Source: Azolla caroliniana (lineage: Eukaryota > Plantae > Polypodiophyta). From it: DNA of 64,000 nt. Location of the stretch: assembly GCA_043228905.1 (NCBI GenBank), contig JBHGNT010000013.1:19468001-19532000 (forward strand), read 5' to 3'. The translations under genes and the position numbers were made by a program. The notes below the pieces were generated by a model. The model had not been told where the DNA came from, searched no databases, and worked only from the letters and a program-made list of their open reading frames with translations. The first letter of the stretch is position 1. Each line of letters begins with the position of its first letter. Below are positions 13,051-26,500 of the stretch, piece by piece.

Positions 13051-13823
13051 CCATTTATTGATATATTGCATCCATCGAAGCTGCATTGCTTGCTTTCGTA
13101 GATGTTAACTTCTTAAGAATATGTATGTATATGCGGCCACCCCAACTAATGTAACCCTATAAAGTAAGAAGCATCAGTGTCACTAAGTGTCATGTGAGGT
13201 ATTTCGTGTGAACTAAACTGTTAATAATTAGGTAGTTAACGAAGGGTTAATTAATATCTAATTATATGATTAGTTAATCACGTATGTGTTTAACTCGTGG
13301 AAGATTATGTGATATGTGTGTGAGAGGATGAGAGAGAGGAAGTTACACTTATGAACAATAAATGGGGGGATGATTAATAAGTGTAGCTCAATGAACTCTT
13401 ACTTATATTAAAAAGGCAATGATCATGAGGGATATCCTGGTGGACATGCGGCTGTCCGGATTCCCTCGGGTGGTGACGCCGAGCATCCACACGGAGGTGC
13501 TCGAGGTGCTGGCCGGATGCCAAACTTGGGAGGAGTTCGAGCTGCGGCTCCTCGAGAAGTACGGGTTTGACGACTCGCTTCGGCTGTCAAGGCGGGACTT
13601 CATGGCGTGGGTGGAAAGCCCCGGAAAAGGGAGGAAAACGTCGGTGCTCCTCCAGGAGTTTGAAAAATGGTTCGCGCGGCTGTCGACGCTGGACCGGACA
13701 GTGCTCGAAACAAGTCAAGTACTACTGTTTGTCAAGTCGGCGGACGCGCTCGACAGGGAAAATGTGGGTCCCCTATTGGAAACGGACGAAGGGCTCACGG
13801 TAGACTGGGCCATGGTAAAACGG

Positions 13824-14391
13824 TGTCGTGAAGAATTTCGGCCAGAGGCGGAAATCGGGAAACATTGGCTACATCGGCGGGGTGCAGCATGTGTGCTCAC
13901 CCTTGTACATTTAGTGTGAATAACGGGGGCGCCTTTATGGCGCCGAAGAGTAGTCAAGTCGGGACAGACGATCCCATGTAAGTCAGGATTTATCCCACAT
14001 TGTGACGCATCCCTCTCCTTGTTCTATAAAAGGAAGGGAGCGCCCTTTGTGAAAGGGTTGCCCATTTTTCGTTAGAGGGTATACCGTTAGATTTAGAGTT
14101 AGTTATTATTATTATTCTTCTTCTTCTCCCCCTTCGTGTTCGCTTAGGGTTGGCTTTAGCTCGTCTCCTGCGCAAGACCCCGCTCGGCGCGACAAGCCCG
14201 TGAGCTCCCGACCTGCGGCTTGGCAGCCAATGACTACTGTAACCTACCTTGGTCAGGCTCGAAGCCGTGAATGTATTCCTCCTTTTATATATATACATTT
14301 GCGTCTGTCTGTGTATATTGGTGTCTCTGTTGGTAACGAGTGCTTCCCCTTTTCCTGCGTTTCCTGTACATAAGGGCGTGAGTCGGGTCGG

Positions 14392-14434
<43 letters not shown>

Positions 14435-14610
14435 ATGAGTCGACGTCAAGTGCGCGCTCCCTCTCTTTCTCTCTCTCCCTTCGGTTGCTTCCGGTGTGCT
14501 TCTGGGATGCCCCAAAAACGGTGAATCACGACTTCCTACGCTCTGTCACTCCCTAGTCCAAGACCCCCGTGGTCCCGCCTTTCTCCACGCACGCGCGTAA
14601 CAACGCGACA
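13824..14610. mobile_element. Solo LTR (787 bp) inserted in gypsy gag
   Basis: Termini TGTCG...CGACA with a 4-bp TSD ACGG (13820-13823, 14611-14614). It has a TATA-like CTATAAAAG near 14024 and an internal (GT)n tract. Excision restores the gag frame (AMVKR|VCNHF). Confidence 0.88.
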
Positions 14611-16098
14611 ACGGGTCTGCAACCATTTCAACAAACGGCGCGATTGGAGCGACGGAAGCTCGTCGGGGTCAGGGCTGGTCCCGGGGAGGAGGCTCGAGGA
14701 GCCGGTATCGGTGCCGGACGGTAGGAAGGAAGAGACCCGGATTCGGCTAGAGTCGGGGTAGGCATCGAATGACGTGGTCAGAGGCCCATCCGGAGGAGCA
14801 GCTCTGGAGGAGCTAACACAGATGGTGCGCGACTTGCAGATCGCACAGGCCCGGAGAGACAACGACGAACAACCTTGCGACTGGAGGCCGCCGGCTGGGC
14901 AGCGGTGCATGTTGTGTGACGCGATCAGTCACATTCGGAGGGATTGCACGGATTTCGCCGACGCGCTCAGGACCAACGTGGTGTACCTCTGGAACGGGCG
15001 GGTGCACGGGAGCGAGACCCGAAGAGCCCTAGAACTGAATACGGGGCGCGACGGAATGAAGAGGTTGATGGAAGAGGCCGCGACATGGCACGTTGAAGCC
15101 GTTAACTACTCAGTGTCGGCGAGAATTCAGGTTGGGGGTGATGAGACCCGAAAGGTGAAGGACTCCGGATTCTGGCCGCTAGTGCTAGAAGGCCTCTCCG
15201 TAGTTCGGCTGAAGAAGGAAGAGGCGGACCGCGCGGAACAGCGGGTCCAGGAGGTCACCGTTTGGGACGATCCGATTCTGGTGGAAGACAAACGGGCAGG
15301 AAAGGCCGGAGGGGTCGGTCCCCTGCAGAGGTATGAGACCGGTGTCGGTAGCCCATGCGCATAGGACGAAAAGAAGCAGGCGAGGTTTCGGTTGAGCACC
15401 GAAATCGAAAGGACCACAGACCTGCGAAAGGTCTTGGAGGAACGTATCCTTGACAGCAAAGTGGACTTGTCACTGAGGGAAGTGCTCAGGACCGCCAAGA
15501 AGGAGTTCCACGACTCCATCGTAGACTTGGTGAAGAGGAAAAGGTTGTCGACGGAGCCGGAACCGAAGAAGTCGGTGGAGGTGCAGACCACGCACTTGGA
15601 AGACATGGCCCTAGAAGACGAGTTGGCGGAAAGCCACTACACGAAGCCGCATTGGGCCAGGGCTACTACGGAAACCCCTGTACGGATCGGCAACGTTCCG
15701 AAACTGGTGGTGGCCTTGGTAGACCATGGATCTGAAATCAACCTAATGTCCATGGATTTCTACAAGAGGGGTAAATGGCCGATTAACACCAAGCATGGCT
15801 GGAAAATACGGGCAACGACGTGCGCCACGGAAGAACTACATGGAGCATGTCCGAACGTACGGCTGAAAATCGGCGATGTCGAGATCGACCAACATTTCTT
15901 CATCCAGGAGACGTCCTCGCATCCGGTTATACTAGGAGAGCCATACATCACGGCGGCACGGATGTAGACCAAGGTGTTGGACAACGGTTCGGCCTATGCA
16001 AGAGTCAAGAGCCAGGACGGGCATCACTCGGTCCAGTTCCTGACGGTGCGACCGAACCATGAGCGTAACCGCGAGGCCCTCGGCGGCGAAACCCGAGG

Positions 16099-16164
16099 GG
16101 ATTTTTAGAGAGGGCTATCAAGGCGTGGGGCCGCGATAGTCCGGACACCTGGGAAAAACCCCAC
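16099..16164 (+). promoter_or_regulatory. Putative -1 programmed ribosomal frameshift signal
   Basis: G_GAT_TTT directly before the gag-pro TAG (16106-16108), then a 6-nt spacer. Stem 16112-16119 pairs with 16135-16142, and loop GTGGGG is complementary to CCCCAC at 16159-16164. Confidence 0.65.
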
Positions 16165-18976
16165 AAATGTACAGTACGAAAAAAGACTTGTACCATAGGT
16201 TCTCCGACAACGGAGGTTGTACTATGGCCAGCGTCAACGGTCGGGAAAGGAAGCGAGCGGAGGAGCGGCTTAGGGGATGCGGAGTCCTCTTCCCCTACGA
16301 AGACATCAGCGGCGCCGTGGAGGCAGTCTCTTTTGACGACACCTTGGGCGAGTTGCAAAAGGTGATCGGTGAAGACCTTAGAGAAGACCGGACCATTCCG
16401 GTAGGTTTGTTGGGAATGTACGAAGTCATCGCGGACTTCGGGGAAAGGATCGGGTCGGATCGGACGGCCTGCGTGGATACAAAGTACAAGACTGTGGACT
16501 GGAAGGTGAGGCCAATCGCGGCACCCTTGCCGGAGGGCAGCGAGGCGCAGATGAAAGGGATCGCTTCGGACCCGAGTTTACGGAATCCGGCTGGCATAGG
16601 GCACCGGTTCACCGACATAACGCTACGGAGCTCAAGGTCGGTGGGGGTGGCTTTCTACTACCGGCGGAAGAGGAACGATTTCGGAGAATGCTCGAGAGGC
16701 ACGGGAAGGCTTTTGCGTTCTCACCAGAGGAGATCGGGTGTGTAGACCCGACAGTTGTGGAACTGATGGTGATCTTCACGGTACCGCATGTGTCGTGGAA
16801 CCTCAAACCGATTCCAGTACCCAGAGCTCACATCCCGAAGTTGATGGAGTTGTTGAAACAAAGGTTGATATGGGCATCCTCGAACCGTCGAGTGCCCCGT
16901 ATTCGAATCGGTGGTTTACGGGGCCGAAGAAGAACGACACATTGCGCTTCATTCGGGACCTGCAACCGGTCAACAAGGTGACCATCCGTAACGCAGGAAT
17001 CGGACCGACCATAGACGAGTTCGCGGAGGCCTTCGCCAGAAGGTCGATTTACTCCGTCGGTGATTTACTCGAGGTACGATCAATTCCAACTAGTCGTGGA
17101 GAGCAGAGACATTACGACGATGCGGACTCCTCTCGGCCTAGTGCGGATGTGTACCCTACCACAAGGAGGGACGAACTCGGTGGCTCACATGGTGAACGCA
17201 ATGAACAAAGTGCTCAAGGATTGTATCCCAGACATCACCATGCCATTCTTGGACGATATCCCGATAAAGGGGTGTCCGGTGGATGACACGGACAAGACTG
17301 TTGGGTCAGACGGATGCCGAAAGTTCGTCGTGAACCACATCACCGACTACGAGAAGGTGCTGCAGAAGCTCGAAAACGCACGACTCACCTTCTCCGGAGA
17401 AAAATCGGCGTTCGGGCAGTCGGAGATCATGGTGGTCGGACACCTGTGCGGGCCCTACGGTAGGAAACCATCTTCGGCAAAGGTAGAGGCCATCTCAATG
17501 ATGAGGGACGATTGCGGTTCGGTCACGGAGGTCCGCAGATTCTTGGGAGCATGCGCGTTCTACCACATCTGGATTCCGCACTACGCACATGTTGTGGAGC
17601 CTCTCTACGGGCTATTGAAGAAAGGGCGTGGGTTCGAGTGGAGGACAAAACACACGAAATCGGTCCGGAGACTAAAGGAGGCGCTTACGATAGCGTTGGC
17701 CCTCCGTAAAGCGGTTTACGGCAAGGGTGTTCCCATTTGCGTGACGGTGGACACGAGCCCGACCGGGATCAGGTGGGTAATCAGTCATCAGGACAAGGAC
17801 GGTGTACGATTCCCGATCCGGTTCGGGGCGAAAGTATTGAGCGAGCGGCAACGAGGATACGCCCAAGTTAAGCGCGAGCTTTGGGGTATCGTTTCGGCAG
17901 TCAAGGTCGACAAGGACTATCTAATCGGGACGGAGGTGATCATCGAGACGGATTGCCTGCCGATACTCGGCATGGTTTTCGGATGCGCGACGTCGGACCT
18001 AGCAATGCTCCGATGGATATCGTACATTAAGTCCCTGAACTCAGAGTTACGACACATCTCCGGAAAGGACAACGCGATGGCTGACATGCTTTCGAGAGCA
18101 AGGTTCAACGACGAAGACGGCATGGTTTCGGATGACGAAGAAGTCGGTGAGGACTTCTTCGGGTCGACTAACGTAACGACGAGGAAAAGGGACACTCCGG
18201 CGCTTAATGAATTTGACGAAAGCAGGCACGACGGGGAGTGGCTCCAAATCGGGAGGTTCCTATGGACGATGACGCCGGACGCAGCATGGACGAGAGAAGA
18301 GGCGAGCCGAGTACGGAAGAAGGCGTACCGATTCTTCTTGCGGGACGGGTGCATATGGAGGCACCCAAAGAAGAGAAATGGCATCCCACTCCGAGTAGTG
18401 GCAAAGAAAGAAGATAAGGAGGAACTACTGGCGGCATTTCACGAGAGTTCCTGGGTCGGGCATCGCAGAACGTGGGCCACGTTCGAGGAGCTGAAGGAGA
18501 AGTACTAGTGGTCGGGGCTGTACCAGGATGTGCATTAGTTCGTAACGACTTGTGAAAGCTGTCAGATGCACTCCGTAGTCCAACATCGGGACGAGCTACA
18601 CCCAACTTACCCGCCTGCGGTCCATTTCAAGTGGATGGTGGACTTGGTGACGATGCTGATGGGAGTAGGACAGATGCGATACCTGGTGCTTGCGCGGGAA
18701 GACTTAACGAACCAGGTGGAAGACCGTGCACTGCAGAACAAGACAACCGCAGCAGTATGTCGGTTCCTAATCGAAGAGGTAGTGAGTGTGTCGATATGGG
18801 TGCGTTGGGAGGATCGTGGCGGACCGAAGAGAGCTGGATGCGCGAGAAGTTGAGGAGCTGTTCGACCGGCTGGGCGTCAAACTCTCCCTCACTACAGCGT
18901 ACAATCCGGAGGCGAACGGGAAGGTAGAACGCGAGCACGGGCCGATCGTAAAGGCCTTGGTGCGTGCATGCGGAGG

Positions 18977-19170
18977 GTTAAAGAATATAGGTACAAGGGT
19001 GTAAATCCTACATTAAATGAAATTGATAGTGGGGGATCTAGAAGGTATCCCGCTCAAGTACAAGGAACAAAATCCTATTTAAGACTTTATAGCCAACATT
19101 CTTTCTAGATAACTACTAAGTTAAATAGTTAACTAAATGGTTAAAATTAGTTGAGCTTGATATCTCAACA
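18977..19170. repeat. Short copia-like LTR remnant
   Basis: Ends GTTAAAGAATA... and ...TTGAGCTTGATATCTCAACA resemble the termini of the 685-1084 LTR. No TSD. Confidence 0.45.
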
Positions 19171-19171
19171 C

Positions 19172-19791
19172 CATAGATTGACATATTCGCATTCGTCGGG
19201 TTTCCCATTCGAATGCAAACAAATATGAATATGAATGTGTGGTTAAGTATTTGTTTAACTAAAAATAAACAAAAAAAAACTCTATCTTTGTTAATTTCCT
19301 AGGATAAAAAAAAGGAACTTCACAATAAATAAGGATAATAAAAGATGGACTTGGGGATTTGAGACTACTAAATTTTTATAATAAATGTATAACTTATAAC
19401 TTATAAGTATTTGTTTTATTTTTAATAAATAAAAAAAATGAAATAAAGGCTCATTAATTTCTCACTTTTTATTCCCTCAAAATTTATGGATATTTTTATT
19501 TTGACATTAAAAATAGTACTTCAAACTAATCATATCTTTAAAGTTCATACTAATCATATTTGTATAATAAATATAAAAATATTCGTTTTTTAAAAATTAA
19601 TTAATTGATTGATTGATTAATAGTTCTTTTTTTGGTGAAATAAATTTATTTAAATAAATAAATAAATATTTTATATTTATTTTATAAAACGAATGGTTTT
19701 CTAATATTTCTTGGGGCCATTTCGTATTCTCGAATATTGAGAATATTGCGCATGGAGAATATCACGAATATCACGCATGTGTCAATCTATG
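19172..19791. mobile_element. hAT-type MITE, family B (620 bp)
   Basis: Perfect 12-bp TIR CATAGATTGACA / TGTCAATCTATG, with an 8-bp TSD CTCAACAC / CTCAATAC. It has an AT-rich core and GAATAT/ATATTC subterminal repeats. Confidence 0.85.
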
Positions 19792-20186
19792 CTCAATACA
19801 AACATTCACGCACAGTATAAAGCATATGTACCATTCGTTTATTTGCATTCGTGATCATTCTTGTAATTCACACCCTCGAAGTATGGTAAATACCATACTT
19901 TTGCACTCATTATTTATTATAAGGTAAATTGTTTTTTTAGGGTAAAAAAGTTACGATAAAAAGTGTTTAAAAACACACACAAAAAAGAATGTTTTAATAA
20001 CATGCGCATTTGTTTTCATACGTATAAAAAAAACGAATGTTTGGGCTAACGAACACGAATATTACGTACTATGCATGATTCACGGCTTCTTCGTATAGGA
20101 AGTGTAAAAGTGTTATGGTGTGTGTACGTGCACCATGTTGTGATGTGCATAGGACGTGTTCTTCCATTCAAAAACGCATTTTTGAA

Positions 20187-20187
<1 letters not shown>

Positions 20188-20217
<30 letters not shown>

Positions 20218-20227
20218 TGTATGTATG
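20188..20227. repeat. (TATG)n microsatellite
   Basis: Tandem TATG run upstream of the HVA22-like gene. Confidence 0.9.
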
Positions 20228-20568
20228 TGTGGTGTCTGCCTCATTTAAAATTGTTCTGTTTGTATACTATGTATGTATGTACTACATACATAAGCATGTG
20301 TATATCATCATATCGTTAATGGAGAGAATTGAGCCTTCTTTCTGTGTGTGTGTGTGTTTTGTCTGCTTCTCTGTCTGTTCTCTGCGTGTCCGCCCGCGCG
20401 CGCGTGTCTGTGGAAGAAGGAAGGCGGGAGCTTCTCTGTCTGTGCGGAATTCATACCAATCAGAGACGAGTAGTGATCCAGAGAAGCAGAAAGCACGGCC
20501 ACAGGTCCCTCCCTCCCCACTCTGAAAAGCTGTAGCAACAAGCTTCGTCGTCCACAGCTACCTCAGCC

Positions 20569-23500
20569 ATGGCTTTCTTCATCACCCGAGCACTAATGTA
20601 AGTCTTCTTCTTCTTCCTCCTCCTCCTCCTCCTCATCTCCTTGTGATTCTTGTCATTTTTTTCCCACTATGTCTCCATCTCCACCCAGAGCGTGGCTTGC
20701 TTTATGCATCATCATCATCTTAATAATTGCATTACCATATCCTCCCCCACCTTTCCTTGCAAACGGCGTGCTTTCAGAAGAACGTTTTGTTGCTCGAGCT
20801 CGCGGCCAGACAACACTACCTTGAGTTTCCATTTGCAATGTCATCTCAACACTGAGATGGCTTGTTTTTGGAAGAAAGGAGATCTCTCACTGTCATCGTC
20901 GTAACCTTCCTTTTCCGGCAACACATTTCAGGAGCAGAATGGGATCGTTCCTCAAAAGAGAAATGTTATCTCTGTAGCCATTCATTTTCCTTCTTTCAGT
21001 CCATTCCAACGTCGGAAGGACTTTGTTCTCAACGAAATAAATTCACTTGTAGAAAGAAGGTTGCCAGTGGAGAAATGGTTTCTTTCTTTCAAAGAAAAGG
21101 CTGTACCTGTAGCTCTCTATATACAGGATCTCCAGTTCCAATAGAGAAATGGTGTTCTTTGCAAAGAAATCTTGTATCTATAGCTCTAGGGTGCAGTTAA
21201 GACAACACTCGGTTTTTCTTTTCTGCTTTCATTTCTGACGCCATTTCCATATGGAAAAGTCTTTATTTTCAGAAAGGAAAGGTTAGTACATAAAGCGTAC
21301 AAAGGCTATACATTTTGTCTTTCATTATGCCATTCCAACATTGAAATGACTTGTTTTCTAGCCAGAAAGTTATCTCATATTCACTCTCCACGTCTCTACT
21401 TGCACAGAAGTTCCTACTGAAGAAAGCTTATCCGAATAATTCACATACAACAAGAGGGTCTATAATCATTAAACCTTTTTGATATTCCTAGTTTAACTTA
21501 TTTCCACTTCCCACATCATGACAACATGATTGACATTTTGCTCTCACCAAGCGCCCTTGAAGGATAAGTAGAAATGCATGCAAAAGGAAAAAAAGCGAGC
21601 TGCATGCTAAAAGAACGATTCACTCTTTTTATCTTCTTTCCTTTAAACTCTAGAAGCAAATGTGTTTTCTACAACTTCGGTGTTTTCTGCATTAGTACGT
21701 CCTACCACTATATTGAATTACATTTGTTCCGATCCAGACTGGCAAGTGGATATCTTTATCCAGCTTATGAGTGCTTCAAGACTGTGCAGAAGGTTCGGCC
21801 AGAAGTAAATCAATTGCAATTTTGGTGCCAATACTGGTAAGTCTTCTAAGCTGATTGTTAAAAATATTATTTTGTAAGTCCATGCTATAGTTGATCTTGG
21901 ATTGAAGTTTTACTCGTAAAAAATGGATTCCTGTCTGTCATTAGATTATTAAATTAAGCTTGGAACCTGCCCTACAGTGGGATGATTGATTTTCCACTGT
22001 TTACTAATAATGAATTTTGTGGGTGGAATGTTTTCTTAATCTGCAATTGATTGCATTCAAGTGTAGCAATTTTTTGAGAGTATTATGGATTTTTTTTGAA
22101 ACTTCAGAATATACTGTAAAGGTCTTATTGGGGATGTATACAATTTTAAGGTTGAAAATCATTGATTGTTTTGTTGTTTGTAAAAGATACTCTACTTCAT
22201 AGGAATTTCACTTAGAATAAAAATTTCTTTCCAAATATTTAGTGAGCAGAATATTGTAAAATGACTTGTATACCTATTGAGAAGCTTCAACTGTTTTCCA
22301 GTGATAATCGAATCAAATTTATTTAATAGGGGATACTTGAGTATCAAATCTTCTTGAATAAGCATGCAGAGAATTGATTCGTAGTGTGCACTATATCTAG
22401 ATTGATTCACGAGTGCGTATATGAGATTATTGTGTCTTCATGAATAAGCATGCAAAAATTGCTTCTTTACATGCAGTATATCGTAGATGTACAAGTGAAC
22501 TAAAAGAGTTGGGTATTCATGATTTTTTCTGTTCTCTTGTCAGATATAGTTGTTTTTTGTTAGTTTATGATCATGATGATTGTATAGTAATTTGATAGTT
22601 TCAATCGGAATTCAAAATACTTATTTATTTTAGTTGGTCTAATTTCATGATTATCTTAGAAACTCTCACAGATTCCTGGTATATAGTGGATGACAACCAA
22701 AGGCCACGTATCTATAGATTTGCAAATGCATGGTTTTGTTGTGAGAAAGTCAAAACAAGTTTTTGTATTGTAGTAAGTCGTTCTGACTTGAAGGGTGTTA
22801 TGTGGGGGCTATTTTATCTTACTTGTTTGGTTTCAGGATAATAATTGCAGTACTCACTGTGTTTGAAAGGCTTGGGGATACCTTCATATCATGGTACTTT
22901 CTTTATTTTTGGTGCCTTTGTAGAATTATAGTATTTTTTTGTTTATTATGATGATTGAAATTTTCAACACGTCTCCAGGTTACCGATGTACAATGAAGCA
23001 AAGCTTGCTTTCGTAGTTTATTTGTGGCATCCACAGACCAAGGTATGCGTCAAAATTCAAACTATTAACCTCGGCACTCATTAAATGTAATTATTACTTT
23101 TGCATTAGTGGTTAATGGGATTGGCATAGGAGGAAATTTAGCTCACAAATTTCAAACACGTAGTTCTTTTCCCTAGTTTCAAGGGATATTGAAGGACGTT
23201 GCTCTCAACTGCTATATATACCGTCCTATACAAGAACATTGCCAGATTTACAAAATAATAGCATTTTAAGTTATAACTCCACCATCAATATTGGTACTCA
23301 GTTACACGTTGAATGTTTCCTTATAAAGTCCTCAAATTATTAAACTTTTAGGATTCAAAAATATTTCATGACTTCAGTTCTACACTCGTATAGTTTTTAG
23401 AGCTTTAAGTATTGTGGTCACCTATTTATTTGGAGGTACTTTCACTTCTGTGCACGTAGTTGCACTTATAGGTTTTAGAACTTGAACAATTGTGCTCAGC

Positions 23501-26500
23501 TATTTGTTAGAAGGTACATATGTAATTATTACATGAACCATACTGTTAGTATTATTATAACTATTCATGGATGCATTCTCATCCATTTTTATGCGATTAT
23601 AATTCTACGAGAACGTTGGTATTGTGTATTTGCTTACTATTTACATGGACGTTTGAGCTTGTGTGACACAGTTCACATACATCAGTCATAGGTTTGTATT
23701 GCACATGTTTTTTCATAAGATTTTGATTTGAATTCCTTTTTCACTGAACAAGTGTTATTTCACAGCTGACATGGTGACTCATATGTTTGGCTTTGCTAAA
23801 TGACATATTGACATAGGTAATCTAGACGTTGGCTGATGTGAATACAGACGCAATAACATGTCTCTTATTTTTGTTTCTAATTTTACTGATTTAACATCAG
23901 ATTTTATCATAACCAAGCTTAGCCATTTCTTTCAAATTTTTAGACTTAGGCTCATGTTTTTCCATAAGACGTTGGTTTGAGTTCCTTTTTCACTCAACAA
24001 CAAAGCTGACATTGTGACTCATATATTTAACATTGCTAAATGACATATTGACACATGAATATAGACGTAGGCTGATTTGAATATGGATGCAATAACATGC
24101 CTTCTATTCTGGTTTCTAGTTTTACTGATTCAATATTAGATTTCATCATGACCAAGTGTGACCATTTCTTTGTAATTTCTCATAGATTATTTCTTAGAGA
24201 ATTTGGTTCTTAGCCTCTGGCCCTTTCTTGGGGAGTGAAGACAAAGGGATGAGTGACACCATGCAGATATTAGGCTATCATTGCATCTGCTACAAGAACG
24301 CAGCAGAACACATTGAATGAGATATTGTCACTACAATTTTGTGAATGATGAGAGTAATCCTCATGAGATGGAACTCGTATTTTTTATCTTTACTTACAAT
24401 TCTCTTAGATCCATGGTAGTTCCATCTGTATTGCTGTTAATTTCATGTTTTGAGCATAAATTGATGAATACTTGGTTCTCATAATGAAATATTCTCTTCC
24501 CTTTAATCTCTCTTCCAGGATATTTGAAAAAATGTAGTTTCTTTCTCTATTTCTAATTTCTTAGTAGCATTTTCTTTCACCTTTTAATGTAAGTGTGAAG
24601 ATCTAACCATGTGAATTGAGGTTGAAATTACCATTAGCAATATTTGTAGTGTGAAGACACTACAAGTATGGACACTTCATTTCAATTGGGGAATTGGACT
24701 TTGGTGCATATGTATCTCTATCATGCATTGTATGCGTTTGTGTTTACAGAGCTTATTATTTATAATCTTATATGCCCAGAACTTCACCGATCATAACATA
24801 AGAGTATTTTCTTGATCAGTTCTATGCTTGCATCAATCATAACATCACAGGGTATTTCTTGAGCAGTTATATGCTTGGATGTTCATCAATGGAATGCAAT
24901 GTATTTTGCATCATTTCATATGAATGTTACGTGATGAGATCAATGTGATATTCTTTTTGCTGCTTCCTTCCTGACCTTTCTTTGCTGTGAATTATAGACT
25001 CTGACTGACCCATCTGTTGTGGTGGACGGTGTTGGCAGCAGCATTGAATGATGGGAATTTTCTTCTTATTTAACAAGTCTCCTGAGGAGTTGTTTTCTCA
25101 TCTCTCCCCTATATCATGTATATGGATTTTAAAGCAATTTGTTGCTTCTTTACAGAAACATGAGTCTTATTTGTTTATAAAGACAATAAAGAATTTAAGA
25201 GGATCCTTTATAAGTCAGGCTGTATGGTATAGAACCTTAGACAGCCAAACTTTGGCCTCTATACTCACCACACTAGGTCATATATCACCTCTCTAAAGAA
25301 ATTTGAGTCTTACATATTTATAAAGGCAATACAGGAATGCAAGAGAATCTTTAATAAGTGAGATCATATGTTATAGATCCTTAGACAGCCAATCTTTGGC
25401 TCATAACAGACCACACTTAGTAAGGTCATATGTAAGACAATAAAAGAATATAAGAGACTCCTTAATATGTGGGGTTATATGTTATAGAACTTTATACAGC
25501 CACATTATAGCCTCTATACACATCACATTTTTTTGGCAGTGCATTGTATTATTGATAGTAAACCTAAACGGTGAGATGAAACCCACTTAAAATGATTACC
25601 AAGGATCATAATATCTATCTGAAGACTATAACATATATATGCTCCTTAATATTATTTGAACTATAGCAAGCATATAACGATTGCATAAGTGAACACTTGG
25701 ATGTTCAGTATGGGTTGGAAGTAGGGTAACTATAATGTCATTGGTTGCAAATGCCCAAAATCTGGCCCATGCAAAATTGGTAGCCTGTTGAGTCACAGTC
25801 TTGACTCAATGTTATGGACCGAAGTCAAGATGTTTCAAGATTCTACATGTACTATGAAATTATAATTGTAAATTTCTCTTTCAGGGGACAACTTATGTGT
25901 ATTCAACTTTCCTAAGGCCCATTGTTGCAAAACATGAACAAGAGATCGATCAACATCTAAACGAGTGGAAGACTAGAGCTTGTGATATTGTGTTCCATTA
26001 TTGGCAAAGGGGTTCAGTATATGCACAATCTAGATTTCTGGAAGTTCTTCAATATCTTGCTTCACAGTCGCCTCCTTCAGCACCAAACCCACAACCTCCG
26101 GTGAGAAGAAAAATTTTTGCAATTACTAAATTATATGTACTTGTCCTATCTGAATTTGTTAGTATCTAGATAGAATTTCTATCATTTAGAAACCATTCCT
26201 TAAATGAAGCTGTGGACAAGTTTCTTTATTATTATTATTATTTTATGTCATCCATTGAATGGAAAACTGCCTGTTGGCTTGTTTTTGGGCTTTAGTCATT
26301 ACTTACGGACACTTCCTAGAGAAATCACTGCAATTCTTCTTCCTGTCGTCAAAAGTCACAATGAAGCATGAGGTCATGTCAGGAAGAGGAACAGGGAGGA
26401 GCTGAGGCAATTAGAGAGCATCACATTTTTATTTTCCTTGCTTCCACAGATGAATTCGTACAAACCATGGGATGGTTGTATATTTATAGACCAAAAACAT

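Larger units (their letters stand above)
13416..18976 (+). mobile_element. Ty3/gypsy retrotransposon internal region (gag-PR-RT-RH-INT), truncated at both ends and decayed
   Basis: Zn knuckle CMLCDAISHIRRDC, protease LVDHGSEINLM, RT LPQGGTNS...FLDD, RNase H TVDTSPTG/YAQVKRELWG, and integrase HHCC plus TAYNPEANGKVER. The domain order RT-RH-INT is gypsy. Base composition shifts abruptly at both ends. Confidence 0.92.

Noticed and set aside
13990-14524. ORFs with HT/CV dipeptide repeats
   Set aside because: Artefacts of the (GT)n tract in the solo LTR.
20071-21200. Several 60-136 aa ORFs around the HVA22 start
   Set aside because: They derive from microsatellites, 5' UTR and intron 1, with no recognisable domain.
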